From Lingula anatina (lineage: Eukaryota > Animalia > Brachiopoda), in the NCBI GenBank assembly GCA_051362555.1, contig CM120648.1, positions 12,582,587 through 12,646,586 of the forward strand: a stretch of DNA of 64,000 nt. Reading direction: 5' to 3'. Numbering within the stretch: the stretch's first letter is position 1; each line of letters starts with the position of its first letter. The notes beneath the pieces were generated by a model. That model did no database searches. It saw only the letters and a list, made by a program, of their open reading frames with translations, and was not told where the DNA came from. Made by a program: the position numbers and the translations under genes. This document shows positions 12,501 to 27,351 of this stretch, piece after piece.

Positions 12501-15500
12501 CGTTTCTAATACCTATTTTATTACAGGTTCTTATAAGAATAGGATTGTTTTTTATCAGTATTTTATCATTTAGCCATTAACATTCTTTTAAAAATTTTTC
12601 TTTTGTATCAATCTTTTTATTGTTTAACAGTCTGCACCATGCATCAATGACCTGATTCCAAAAAGCGTTTTTTGATCCTTTCTTTATTTTTTGCATTTCA
12701 GATATTCCCATTTCAGACCAGTGTACACCCTTACTTTCAGGGATCAGACTAAGAAAAAAGAAATACCATTTTGATTTTTTGTGCATGATTCTCCTGAGCC
12801 ATGAAATTTTTAGGGAATCAATATAGTTTCTAATATCAGGGACTTTTATACCTCCATTTGAGTATGACTGTGTCATTATATCTCGTTTTACTCTTTCAAT
12901 TTTTCCATTCCATATGAAATTAAAGCACATTTTTTGTATTTTGTTTACATATTTGTTTGGTATTGGCAATGTCGAAATAAGTGGGTCATTTTTCGAAGGA
13001 TCAATGATTTAAAAATTACATTTTTCCCCAAAACTGTTAGCAATCGGTGAGTCCTTTGTTTTATAATTCTTTCCATATCTTCGAATTTCTCTCTATAATT
13101 TTTCTCAATCATTTCATGTAGATTTACTGAGAAATCTATTCCAAGGATTCTGAAAAAACGTTCATTCCAATCGAGGTTCGATTCTTTGCACATGCTCTCT
13201 TGTGAATCTTTCTTGCTTCCAAACCAGTTTAATTAAGTTTTTTGATTGTTCATTTGTAGTCCAGAAAATTGTGAGAATTCATTTAGAACCTTAAGGGTAT
13301 TTCTTAAACTTTTTCAGTCCCATCCAACACAATAGTAGTGTCATCAGCATACTGCAGCTTGTACTAAGTTCTTAGATATACCGCGGGTCTAAATCTAGAC
13401 ACTAGGGGCTCTGACACTAGGGGCTCTGATCCACCATCGAAAGATCCTAGGTTCGGTACGCGATTCCCGACTTGGGTTATGCCCGGAGAGAAGAGTAACG
13501 CAACACCACTGTTTAGTTACAAAATCCAGGTTGCAGCCTGATTTTATACTTAAATTTGCGTGACAGACTTTATTGAATATCTTTATTGAAACTTTATAAT
13601 TAAAGGAGTTGAGATATGAAAAGAGATAAACCTTAGATAAGAGCTATTAACTTTAAAGGAGATGAGATATGAAAAGAGATTATAAGAGCTATAAACTTTG
13701 ACACGTATTACGAGTCGCGCGGGGGGATACAGACTGCGGACAGTCTGTATCTTTGGCCCTTTTTCCCTCCATCTTTGCTGAAATGTAAATTATATCTTTA
13801 AGCTTGAAAATTATATAACATGCATGATTGTCATTCATAGATTTATATCTAACTCTCAGTATTTTTCATTCGTACTTTGAACATAAATCAAAGTGCAAAT
13901 GTCAATAAAATGACATTTTCAACCTACATCTATTTGATTCTGTTGTTTTGTGTATGATAACAAATTTTGACAGCAAACTAGCCTCGGCGACTCCTCTCAA
14001 TTCATGCACTCATAAATATAATTTATTGGTTACAATAAAGGGATTTATGTGTGATGAGGGTATTAATGTGATGTAAGATGCCCAGGGAAACTCCCAGAGA
14101 CTAAGATAAGCTCCAGATGTTTCTTCCCTTATTACAGACAGGATGTCTTCGCTTTGTATTTCACGCTGTTAAGTTACTATTACTACCAAGTGACACTGGT
14201 CAGATACCAGTATAGCAAAACCTGATTGGACAGTACAACTTAGTCTCATTATGATCAGCCAATCAGAATCATAAGGAGTTCAGCTTCACCAAGAACAAAG
14301 AACACTCTCTCTCACTTCCTTAGAAAATTTTAACCTAGCAGTACATGCTCAGGAGAGTAGAGTTTTTAGTGAATTTCATAAAGTTTCTCAAACCCAACTC
14401 TGTCCCTCCCTAATGTTCCCTGATTAATTAACACTACAAAACAATTATTAATTCTATGTATCATTATTATATGTATGGTATTTATGTTTAGAAACATTTG
14501 ACATATAGGTAAGCCACTATGTGTTAGCAGTTCTCATTTTGTTTAAGTCAACATACAGGGCATAACCTTAGCATAGGGCACATATGGCAGTTATAAGGCC
14601 TAGAGAGACAACTCTATTAGTGGGCTGTCAGAGCACTGAGGAAACCTACGTCCCCTTCCTGAGGGTAGGGGTTGCGCAGCTCGCTCTCAGCCTCGGCCGA
14701 ATTTTGGACATAAAATTTATCTAAAACATATTGCCATGTGTGGGCCCTTTTTCCCTCCATCTTTGCTGAAATGTAAATTATAACTTTAAGCTTGAAAATT
14801 ATATAACGTTCTGAATGCGCTATATAAGATCATAGTTTAGATTAGATTTGGTGTACTTTCTGTTTAAGGTCCATCCATTAGGTGACCATCCTGATTTAGC
14901 AGACAGAGACGTTGGTACCTTTCTGGAGGAGATAACAGGGGATTTGAATGGCATCTTGTGGACTGCTGTGAGAGAAGGCGACTACACAGGTTCTCTTTCT
15001 GTTTATATAATTGTAAACTGTCAACCCTTGGGTTGTGATTTTTTTACTTAATCATTATTGTTTTTAAAGTGTATTTATTTGAATAACAGAATGTTTGCTA
15101 GCTAGGTTTTATATGTTAATATTTTGTCACATCCTTCCCTGTGGTATAGACTTTTAGCTGTTCTACAGCTGTTTGAATCTGTCAGTTATATGTTAATTAA
15201 ATTAAGTTGTATATGTTATTCACATCTTTCTCTGTGTTAAGTTCTGTATGTTATTCACATTCTTCTCTGTGATATTGGCTTATAGCTGTCCTACAGCTCC
15301 TTGAATTTGTCAGTCATATGTTAAGATCTATATGTTATTACCTTGGGTCACATACTTCCCTGTGATATTGGCTTTTAGCTGTTCTACAGCTGGTTGATGC
15401 TGTCAGTTCCTTGCTGAATTCTGGGACAGAAAAATTACCTGATACAGAAGCAAGGGAACAGGTAAATAAATAGATATATGACAATGAAAAAGACAAAAAA

Positions 15501-18500
15501 AAATGTTGGAAATATATATAGATAGATAAATGAAAATATATTAATGAAATAAATAACATTTTGATAGACAGATACAAAGGAAAGGTATTGTAATTAGTCA
15601 ATCTTTTCTATGGGCATAAACTAACAAACTTTCAGGCAAATCATTTAATAATCACAAAAATTATATTTCTGCATAGTTTTGTGATGTTTTAATTCACAGA
15701 GTAGAACTACACGCAAACCGGCTACCATGTAAAATTCACATTATTGTCCCATATTTAAAAGATCAAGTAATTACTGTGTAGCACCAGGAAGTCTTTTCTT
15801 CCACAGATACGCAGTGATATGATGGAGGCAGTAGGTAATTTAACTATTGACAGCCTATCTACTGCCCAGCAAGCAGCAGAGACATTGACCAAACTCACAG
15901 AACACACCACAGAGATTACTGCAGACTCACAGGTACTGAGCACTTGGTGTCTTTGGCTTTGTAGATAGTTGCCTTTAATCTAGTATTTATATTCTTCAGG
16001 CTTCAGTATTTGTTTAATCCTCAAAACATGTTATATCAGGTTAAAAATTGTACATGCTGGTTCTGGTAAATGAATTCCCTTAGCAAAATATAAGGCCTTC
16101 TGCAAACTCTCTCTCAAATTCATCGTAAATATGCTGCTAATTTACTGTGAATTTGCAGCTAATTTGCTGCAAGCTTGCTGCTAATTTGCTGTGAATTTGC
16201 AGCAATTTTGCCAGAACATAAACTTTCTTACAAATCTGCTGTAAACTTTAGTTGTTATTGCAAATTTGTTGCAAATCAGCAAAAAAAAATTTCCTTGCAA
16301 ACTCATGCAAACTAGTTGCCACAAACGTTTCATTTTGCTAAGAGATTTTTTTGTTTTATCTGCAGACACTGCAAGTGGATTCATTTCATAGTGTTTTCTG
16401 GAATGTGTTATGTACTTGTCATAATGAAATTTGCTGCTAATTTGTTGCAAATTTGCCAAAACATAAAATCTTTTCTTGCAAACCTTCTGCAAACGTAAGT
16501 TTATTTGCAAATTAGCAGCAATACATATTTTTCTTGCAAACTCCTGCTCACTAGTTGCTGCAAACTTTAAATTTGCAGCAATTTTGCTGCAATATTGCTG
16601 CAAACTTTTCATTTTTCAACTTTCCATACGTGTTTGGGAAGCCCCCCTACGATTTTTTTGCACCCACGTCGTCAACTTACAGAAACTCAACATAAAAATC
16701 ATACATGTGAATTACACTAAGTTGTACAAATCTTCACTATTGTTATTCCGCACAAAATGGAATTTATGGGTATCGTGTACACTGCACAGACATCATTTTT
16801 CCTATTGAAAAGATCGAAGATTACCATACCTCCATATTGATTAGATTAATTTTCAGACTTCAGGCATGGACACAGTTGAAAGGTTATCCCTAGTGTTGAG
16901 CAGTAGACAGAGGAATGCAACTTTTACTGAAGTAGAGGACACTGCCACGTAAGCCAGAAAAGAAACTCTTTAAAAAACTTTGTAGCATGCTAAGACTTGA
17001 AGAGACACCAGTCTTCCTGGCCCCCATTTCACAAAGAATCTTAAATCCGTAGTTGACTAGCTTGAGCTGAGTGACATTACAAGGTCGATTACGCTGCAGT
17101 CAACTAGAGGTGTTTCACAAAGAATCTAAAGTCTTAGCTCGGTGCTCTTACCATAGTCAATGTACGCAAGAAACTCTTCAAGAAAAATAGATGTAAAAAT
17201 CCATAAAGTTTTGGCCGAGAACGGTCATTTATCAACAATAAAAATCAGTCAAAACATAAAACAAAGTTTGTTTTTGAGCTTTATTGATTAGTTTAACTTC
17301 AAAACAACTTCAAAGTAACATGAAAACATTAGCTTGTCTTGGAATGCTGCTGTAGGACATCTAGTGGTCAAAAATATAAACAAACCCGTGCTTGGCTGGA
17401 TGAAGTTGCATTTTAATTTTTTTTATTTAAATATTCAATTAATTTCAGTACTGTTCAAGGATATTATAACACAATATGTTGATGGAGGTATGTTCTTTCC
17501 AAATTTTTGTTGATTATGCTCTCATTTACCAAGTTTTAGTTGAGCTTCCTGACTTAGACACCTCCCAAGGAAGCTAGGATTTGTCGACTAGCAGCTAAGA
17601 AAAAAACGATGTAAGCGACCTTTTAGATTCTTCATGAAACATGACTAAATGAAGTAAGGACTTAATCACATTGATAATCAAGCTTTTAGTCAGGGAACCC
17701 GACTTAGGTTTTTTTGTGAAATGGAGCCCTGAGCACTAACATTGGACTAATATCTTAATTTATAAGCTTTGATTTGTTTTCATGGCATCAGATCCATCTC
17801 ATTCTAAGTGCATTTTCTATTTTGATATCTCATTATTTATTACAATATTAATTTATCTGCTCTTTTCCGTGCTTTAAATGTTTAAAGTAAAAAAAAAAAA
17901 AAAAAATAGAAACTTCGAACTAGGAACTACAAGTATAAGGCAAACAAGAGGACTTCTCTGCGTTCCATTGGCTGAGGCAAAAAACAAACAATATTTTGAA
18001 AACTCCTTATTGATCATATTTAACAAAATTATAAATAAATGTAGTTATGTTCATCGTTAAACTTAAAATATTGTTTCTTATTATTTAGTATGATTCTACA
18101 ATCCACCTCTAACCTGTTAAATGCCTCCATGGAGGAGTCGAGAGATGTGAATATCACCAACATGACACAACCTGAGAGGGTCAAAGTGCAGAAGGTGAGA
18201 AGAAAGATCAGAAGCCAGTCAGAGCCTTAGGGACCATTCCCAGACCCTATTGTACTAACTGTGCTCAGTCTTTCTCCAAGAGGATTCTTGCTAAATTGCA
18301 ATCAATTTAAGCAGCTTAGATGTCTGTCATGCCTACTGAAGCTGCTAGTAGATGTTAAGCAACTTCAGTGGGCATGCCAGACATCTAAGCCACTTAAGCT
18401 GAAAGCAGTTTAGCATGAAACCCCTTGGAGATGGATAGGTCCTGTTAGATCAATCTTGGTATGGGAACCTAGTCTTAGTCAGCTGTCTGATTAATTTCTC

Positions 18501-21500
18501 TTCCAGACAATACAAGCTTGTATAGCCAGGAATTTTAAAGAGGGGGGGGGGGGTCTTTTTCTGAAAAAGTGGATCTTTTACCACAAAACTTAGAGTACCT
18601 ATACATGTAGGTTAATAATTCTTACCTTCACAGACCTTTTCTCCGACAAAAAGGGCAAATGTTTGAACTCCCCTTACCTCCCTGGCTATGGGCCTGCAAT
18701 TCAATAGGCAAAAAAGCTGCAACCAAACAACCAGCCAAATCATCCAAACATCAACTAAACAACCAGCTAGATCAAACAAACAACCAGCAACATCAACTAA
18801 ACAACCAGCAACATCAACCAAACAACCAGCAACATCAACCAAACAACCATCCAGATCAACCAAACAACCGACAACGTCAACCAAATAAATCACATTTATT
18901 GTACCAAACACAAAAAAGGAAGAGAAAGAAGAAAAATTGGCACATTCTTTGCTCAGAATAAACAAAACAATTGCCTCTACCAAACATGCAAACAACCAAC
19001 AACAAACTATCCCATAAGTCAAAAGCAAGGAAGAAAAAGTTCCTACACCAAATAGTCCAATCCCTAATTATAAACCTCTCCAAACAAGATGTTTAATGTA
19101 TATTTTCATCTTGCAGACCAGATACATAGCAAATAAAGCACTGAATGTCATCAGCACTATCTCAGACACTGTGCTGGCAAAGAAGGTACCAGGGGAGGAA
19201 CCCATTGTTATAGCCACCAAGACTTTGAGTGTCAAGGTGGGTAAGCTTTGCCAAGAACAAAATTGAACCCACATGCTTGAAGAGTTAACATGTAGTATGT
19301 CTTCACTATTGTGGTAAGGCTGTCAGTTTTTCCCTCGCCTTGGTTCAAAGGGTTACAGAATATGTATCTTTCAGTAATGATGCCCCAGTTTCATTAAAAG
19401 GCTAGAGTAGAATGCTAATTAAAGCCATACTCATGAAAATTTAAGAAATGTTCAGCATAGAAATGATATGGTTAGAACAAATATTTACTTTATCATTTAA
19501 TCAAAAGTTAATCATATTGACTATTACCTAAAAAAAATTACCAATTTGTAAGTAATATGGTAGCAAAAATGTTTGTTGAAAAGAAATTTAACCCTTTTGT
19601 GCAACTTTCTTATCATTTGATAGAGAGCCAAAAAAATATATCCCTATCAATTTTTATTTCAACTTGAATCAGTTTTGCATCATTCTTCTATGATTCACTC
19701 ATTTTTTAAACTCAACCTTGGCATCAGATACTTTATGCCATGAGAAATTGTGTTTTAGTGTCAAAAATTGGACCTGGACACAATGAGTAGTTCCCACCAA
19801 CTGCAGGTGCCCCAGCTTATTTCAGCAGAAGGGGGGAGTGATGAGACACCACCATGTATGGTCGGCAGATTTGCTTTACCTCCTGTTCAAAATATGCTTC
19901 GTGATGGGCATAAAAATATTTCCACTGCAGTTAATTTGCAGGTACTATAACTTTTTTTAAAATTTGATTTAATTTATTTATTGTACCACCAACGTTAGCG
20001 CTGGCAGTACACATGGTTTTAGTCCCGTCCGGATCGTTCCGCCGGCTCCGCCAGACGGCTACCGTTACCGCTTCTCCTCCTAGACAGTAAGGGCCCCCGT
20101 ACCCATCTCTTGGATTTAGGTCACCTATAATCTCAACTCGCTCCACGTAAAATTTGGGCTTTGTCGGTTTTGGGGTCTAGGTTTGGCACTCATTGCAATG
20201 CACCCTTGTCTAAAAATGGCAAAATTAAATGCTAATTATCTACCCTACGGAAGGAATTATGGGAAAAATTTCTACAGACAGCTTTCCAAAAGTTATATGT
20301 GTAGATTTCAAATATGCCCTTGGATTTGACCTTTGACCTTTATTTCAAGGTCAAACGTGCCAAAATTTTCAAAAAAATGAATTTTTTTACGAAAAAAATT
20401 ATTTGCCCTGTTTTTCAGACACCACACAGACTTAACCAATAATATTATTGGAATGTGTTGCCCTTTAGGTCATCTTTCATCTCCGTGAATTTGGGGTCAA
20501 TCGGTGCATTTTCACGGGAGTAGCGGCCATAAGATACTGAAACTGAAAACTGTCTCTAATTCGGGAACCGTTAATGCTAGAGACCCATTATTTTTTGCAT
20601 TTTGTAGAGCATGTAAAGCCCAACACTGGGAGTGGTCTCGTTTTTTTTGTATTCCATACGGTTTTCGAGTTACGCTGTATCAAAAAGTACATATTGGTGG
20701 TGAAAGCAAAATGTGCAGTACGGTAATGGATAATAAATTTTGAACTCCGAAAAAATAGAACAAAAGGCTTGGAAAAGCAGACAACTTGTGGTCAAAAATG
20801 ACATTATTTCATCAAATTTGAACATCTGGAACTTCAGAGCACCTCCCATTTTAAGAATTTTGACCAAAATGACCTTTTCTTTATTTTAATTAATTTTTTC
20901 TGTAGGAAATTTATGGCACATTATGGTAACTCCAAAATTATAACATTTAGTCCCTTATATCTCCAAAACTGGCAGAGATAGGTCCATAGTTACTATTGAA
21001 GTTGAATAGGAAGTCATATACTGGCAATCTAAATGTGACCTTAAAATTGACCTTTGACCTACTTTTCACCATGAACTGAACTTTGCAAATTTTGGTTCCC
21101 TTTTATCTCCAAAACTGGCAGAGATAGGTCCATAATTACTATTGAAGTTGAATAGGAAGTCATATACTGGCAATTTACTGTGACCTTGAAATTGACCTTT
21201 GACCTACCTTACGATGAATTTAACTTTGATTGTACTATTTTTAGTCATATATATTTTTTGCATATTTTGAAAATTCTTGTTGATTGCATTTTTACAGCTT
21301 GTCAAGCACAAGACTGGTGGCTGTGTCCCTTATTTTGTGTATGTGGGGGTCTATACGTATGCGCTTGATCCAGCTGGTGGTACAATATTCGGAGGTGGTA
21401 TCGCCTCTCTGATCCTCTAGTTTATATACTTATTTATTTATTTATTTAACTGTTCATTGCTCACATGCTTGCACAATCTGCAAGGTTATCCATTTGTTCT

Positions 21501-24500
21501 AAGCCCAGGGATGGTAAATCTTTGATTAGACCAGTAGATTTTTTAGAACGTGTGAATTTAGTGGTCTGACACGGGCTTAAGATTTTTTCAAAAGAGCTGC
21601 TGATTTGATTTAATTTTTTTAAAGTAACTGTTACATGAATATTCTTATTAAAAATACATGACAAAAACAAGGTTTAATTATTATGATATCACTGTAATAG
21701 AGAGAAAATATTGAGTCTTTTTGATGTTTATTGGACTCATGCATCACTTTGGACCAGTTCATTTAAGAAATTAAAGTGGTTGTCCGATTGGCCAGTAGGT
21801 TGAAAAGTTAATGGACACAGTCTGTAACTGCTTTACTGAATACCAGTATGTCACATGCATCACTATAGTGTGTGTTTATGTTTGTGTGTGTGTGGGGGGG
21901 GTAATGAAAGACGGCCTCTTTGATGCTATTTTATTTTTTTCATTTATTTAACAATGTTAATGCTTTCAGAGAGCCCTCCTTACATATGATTCCCTGAACA
22001 TAGGCATATTTTAGTATCTTATAGTAAAATGGGTGTTTATTTATTAATTTATTTATCAGATGTTCTACATGCCGGAGAATCCATTCACCTGGGATGTTTC
22101 AGCTCAAGATGTCACCTCCAGCTGCTCTGGTATTAAAGTGATTATAGATGGTGCTAGGTACCAGCCTGCCTGGCTGCCAGAACCAATGGATATTTACATC
22201 CCTGTTGGAAGTAAGAAACTAAAAGATGTCGTGTAGACTAGTGACTTGTTGCTACAAAATATTCTATGAAAGGGATTTGTTTTGTTTATACTTTTGATAC
22301 TTTGTCCTCAAATTTCAATTTTACTTTCATATTCTCTCAAAACACTTTATACAAATATTTTCCACGTTACATGTATGTAAAAAAAAAATTTGGCATGCTG
22401 CTAGGTATTGGATTTTGAATTAACAAGTTTAAAACACGGTTATAGAGATACTGCTACATGTAGCAAGCTGGCTTACAGCTTCAGTTGGGAACAAGTTTAC
22501 ATGAGATTTAAATAAAACCACAAAAAAGATTTGAAAAAAACCTTAATTCTTTTTCACAGAAGCTGACATGAACTGTGGTATCACCCTCCTAAAACTTGAA
22601 GGAGGGACCAATGGAACCATGGAGGACGTCATTTACTTCAAGTTTGATGCTGAGACCAACAAATCACATCAGATTACCATCTGGCCAGTAGACAATAATA
22701 CCACCCTGCAAGTTTACCTGAAAGCCAATGCCAGGCCTAGCAAGGAAGAGGTATGCTGCTTGCATTTATGTGTAACCAAAAAAGAGTTACGATAAATTTT
22801 TAATATATTTTTTCACAGATATGCTCTTTCTGAAGTAAATTATGTGGTCAGTTATTGTTGAATTATAAGTATTGAATAGGTACTTGATTTTTTTCAAAAA
22901 GTATGCAGAAATTTAAAAGGATAACAACTGTTCATTTTGAACAAAAATTGAATAATCCTGTGGTACATAACAATTTTCTCATATAACCAATGGTTAATGA
23001 ACCCATCTCTGATTCAAAGTTAGTCCCTTTTTTTTCCTAAAAGTTTTTTTTTGTTATAATCTCTTAAGAGATTATTACAGAGTATGGCTATCTATGGAGG
23101 TCACAAGGCACAGATTTCAGAATAATTTCTATAACTGTCGTTTTTGTGATAAAATAAAATATATTATATTTCTGTGAGTTGTTTACAATTATGTATTTAT
23201 AGTGAAATGTAGATTTCACATGTAGAGTTGTTATCCCTTTAATCACCTCAAAAGCATAACGCAAAAATGTAATAAATCAGTGAGTAATTAATTAATATGG
23301 TCAGTTACAATTAAATTATGTGAGTACTTATTTAATTTTTTCCTAATTGATTGATTCCCTAGATCTTAAACAGCACTACACTTATCCCAGTTCCTGAGGA
23401 GATGCGTTATCATCATGGCAACCAAAGTGCCAGTGGCTATGTTCTGTTTGTCCCAGAAAATAAAACCACTGAGGCAGACACTGTATATTACATTGGGATC
23501 ACTTTGTTAAATACAAGTGATTTTGGGAACAGTGAGTATGGACATAACAGTGATTTTTTAAAAAATTGATTATTTTGATTTTTTGTAGACTTTTACTTAT
23601 TCTTAATTTTTAAGTTCATTTAAAATATATACTGCATTTAATTATATATTTTATTGTATGTTAAGTTATTTATGTAATGGAATTTATTTTAAGTCAATTT
23701 TATATTTGGTCAAGTACAAATAAATTCATATACTACAGGGCATTTTTTTTTTATGGTACTGTAATTTATTAGGGATTTTAACACAAATATTTTGCAATAA
23801 AACAGGATTTATACTCTTCAACGTTTTAGCTGATATCTTAGGGACCATTCCCACAGATATTTGGATCGATCTATCTCCCTAGAGAGTCTCACTAAATTGC
23901 TATCAACTTAAACTGCTTAAATATCTGTCACACCTAGTAAAGCTGTTAGCGGGTAATTATCTATACCACTGAGCTGATTCGGTATTGGTAATGGTACTAT
24001 ACTCCATTACTGTCTGTGATGGATGACAGCTTATTGGTATCGGATACTGTGCTCCATCACTCTCAGGCCCGTAGCCAGCAATTTCAATTGGGGGGTTCGT
24101 TTTCTGAAAAAGTGGACTTTTTACCATAAAACTTTCATGTACCTAGATCAAATTTTATCCAAAGTGGACCTTTTCCCAGCAAAAAGGGCAGTTCTTTCGA
24201 AACCCCGAACCCCCCCTGGCTACTGGCCTGACTCTCTCTCTCTCTCTGTACACTAATTTGATGACTTTCTCCTCATCTCCCTTTACTGTGCCCCCTTTCT
24301 GATAATAAGCAATTGTTTCTATGTTACAATACAACAGGACACCTAGATGTTAATGAGAATGTCCAACTTCTGGTCACAGTCCATTCCAGTGCCTGTCTGT
24401 TCTGGGATGAGCAGAAAGAAATATGGAGTAGTGAAGGATGTAAGGTAGTCAGCTTTTTGTTTAAATATAGATGAATTGATAGAATAATAAATAGATAAAT

Positions 24501-26081
24501 AAATATGAAAACACCAGGATTTTCACCTCATACTTTTCCCAATTTTTGCTTCCAAGTCTCTTATAGAAGATGTCTTCTCCAAACATATTCCAACTATATC
24601 TCACCTAACACATTTCCCACTTTCTGTATCCAGGTTTCTCCCCTCAGCACAACTGTTACTTTACACTGTATCTGTCATCACATGACTGTGTTTTCTGGCG
24701 GTTTCTTTATTCTGCCTAATGCCATTGACATCGTGGCAGACTCTGCTCTGTTCTTGACTTTACTGGAGAACCCACTGGTGGTGAGCATTGTGCTGTGTGT
24801 ATGGGGCATCTACCTGGCAATTGTTATCTGGGCACGCAAGAAGGACAGGGAAGACCTTCTTAAGGTGAATGAACCTCTGCTTTTGATATACAAAATTGCT
24901 TGGGGATTGTGAGAAGATTTTATTTCAGTTTACCATGACTTTAATGGGTCTCAGGAGAGTCCCTTTTTGATTCCTTCTCAGCCATTTAATATGTGATTGA
25001 AAAAGTTAATGCACTCCGCCCCATCCCACCCAATAACAGCTGATGTTGTATACTTATTTTGGTATTTATGCAACAAAATAAAACTCAATATCGGGCATTA
25101 TCTATATCAGTAACCACTAAATTAAAGCAAAGCTTCCAGTTGCTCATATTTTGATGTTTTCAAACACTTACATGTAGATTTAGTATATAGATTGAGCATT
25201 CTGCACAACAGAAGTTTTAGCTTAAATCAGTTGCAAGCTTTTGGGCTTCACTGTTGCTAATGACATTAATAGTAACAATTCTTTTCATGTCTCTAGGCTG
25301 GAGTGACAGTGTTAGAAGACAATGATCCAGAGAATAAGTATGGCTACCTTGTGACAGTTATCACTGGCTGGAGGACAGGGGCAGGGACCACAGCTAATGT
25401 GGGCTGTTTTATTAAAGGTGAATTTCAAGGCTGCACTAGAAAAAAAAGTGGTGAAAATTAATTACAAACCAATTCAAACTTTAATTGCACAGTAACAAAC
25501 TTGTCGCTTGTTTTCAAATTTTTTTTCCATTTCAAAGGTGAAAATGGTGAAAGTGACCGTCATGTCCTGAGCGACCCCAATCATCCAGTATTTGAGAGTG
25601 GTGGCGTGGACAGTTTCCTACTGACCTGTGCCCAGTGCATGGGTGACCTCCTCTCTGTCACCATCTGGCACGACAACTCTGGAGCTGCCCCTGCCTGGTT
25701 TCTGGAGAAGTTGATGGTAAGAGACTTGCAGAGAAATGAGGTGTTTGAGTTCCTATGTAACCGCTGGCTTGCTCTGGACCTGGATGACTTCTGCATCCAG
25801 CGCACATTGTGCCCTGCCTCAGTGGAGGAGATGAAGGAGTTCTCGTACCTGTTCTCCAGTAACAGTGGCTTCAGCATGAGGGAGAAACATCTGTGGGTCA
25901 GTGTGTTCTCTTGTCCACCAAACTGTCCCTTCACAAGGACCCAGAGACTGACCTGTGCTCTGACTCTTCTACTGACCACCATGCTGACCAATATCATGTT
26001 TTATGGCATCCCAACTGATGACCCAGAAGATCAGTACCAAGTAAGATTATTTGATTAATCTTTTTACCCAGCTACATCTAT

Positions 26082-26116
<35 letters not shown>

Positions 26117-27317
26117 TTGGTTTTAGGTGTTTTGTTTGTTTGTTTATGTATTTTATCAAAAAAAAAAGTTTCTGTCATTGTTGCATTTGCTTAAAATGTT
26201 GTATATTGTACCGAAACAAAAAATTCTTTCGTTGTTGCAACTGCTTAAGGAAATGTTTGCTTAAAATGTTTGATTGGTTATGACATTGTATTAGGTATGA
26301 TTTTTACTGGAAAGACATTTATTATTGGTTTAGGTAATTTCAATTCTTCCATCCAGAGTATGATTTTAAGAATTTATATAAAGGAAATTCAATTCCAGGT
26401 AGCAGATTTCCAATTTTCTCTATCTGACATAATAATTGGTATTGAGAGTGGGCTGCTGATGTTCCCAGTGAACCTGGTCATAGTGCAGCTATTTAGAATG
26501 TGTGCTCCAAGACCTGTTAGTACACATAAGGAAGATGTCACACCCAGAACTTCCATGGAACAAAGCAATTCAGCTCAGATGGCCGTGCTAGGAGCAGATG
26601 TAAACCATTCACAGAGCAGAAATAGGAGTAGCGTCTCGGGGAATGTGATTGGTGATGGTGATGTAGATAAAGTACCAAATGCAACCTCTAACAGTGCAAA
26701 TAAAAGTAGTTTAAATACTGATGACCAGGCTGTCACAGATAGAAACATTACACTCTTTAATGAAAATGAAAGTGAGAACAACTTCTGGCCTTGCACTTTG
26801 GGTGTGGCCATCCTCGCTGGAGGAGAAGTGACGGGTCAAGTGTCTACTGACCAGTCTATGGACATGGGTGGACATTTAACTGGGTGTAAGAAAGAAAGCC
26901 AGACTGTGGAAGAAGACAGTATATGGTGTGGATCGGGTGCTGGTGTCAGGCCATCTGACCTTAATCTCACACTTGACCTTGACCTACTTCACAGAGAAAG
27001 CCCTGACATACCATTGATAAATATGGTAGGTGCAGTGCTCAGAGAAAGTTGCAGAATTTTTTAATGAAATTTTTCAAAAAGGAGGATGTTTAAGGGTTCT
27101 CCCCCCCCCCCCCCCTTCTGTTTTATTGCTATAAATTTATTCTTTTTTTTTCTTATTTAGGACAATTCAAATGAAGTTTCTGTGATTACAATGGAGGAGG
27201 AAAAGAATACACCTTTCAGGTGAATGAAATTTTTGTCTTGTTTTTTATTTTTTATTTTCACAAAAGAAGTGTTACTACTGAATTTGAGTGAGTGAGTGTA
27301 ATTTAACTTTTATCCTT

Positions 27318-27351
<34 letters not shown>

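Noticed and set aside
13360-13540. Possible tRNA or SINE head
   Set aside because: No convincing cloverleaf or A/B boxes by eye.
16181-16808. 143-aa and 110-aa ORFs
   Set aside because: Low-complexity palindromic MITE sequence.
18612-19028. Gln/Asn-rich and VDVAGCL-repeat ORFs
   Set aside because: By-product of a stop-free 21-bp minisatellite in an intron; no splice-phase fit with the gene.
19237-19245. Stronger-looking donor g|gtaag at 19241
   Set aside because: Its phase leads to a stop in the next exon; the donor at 19237 keeps the frame.
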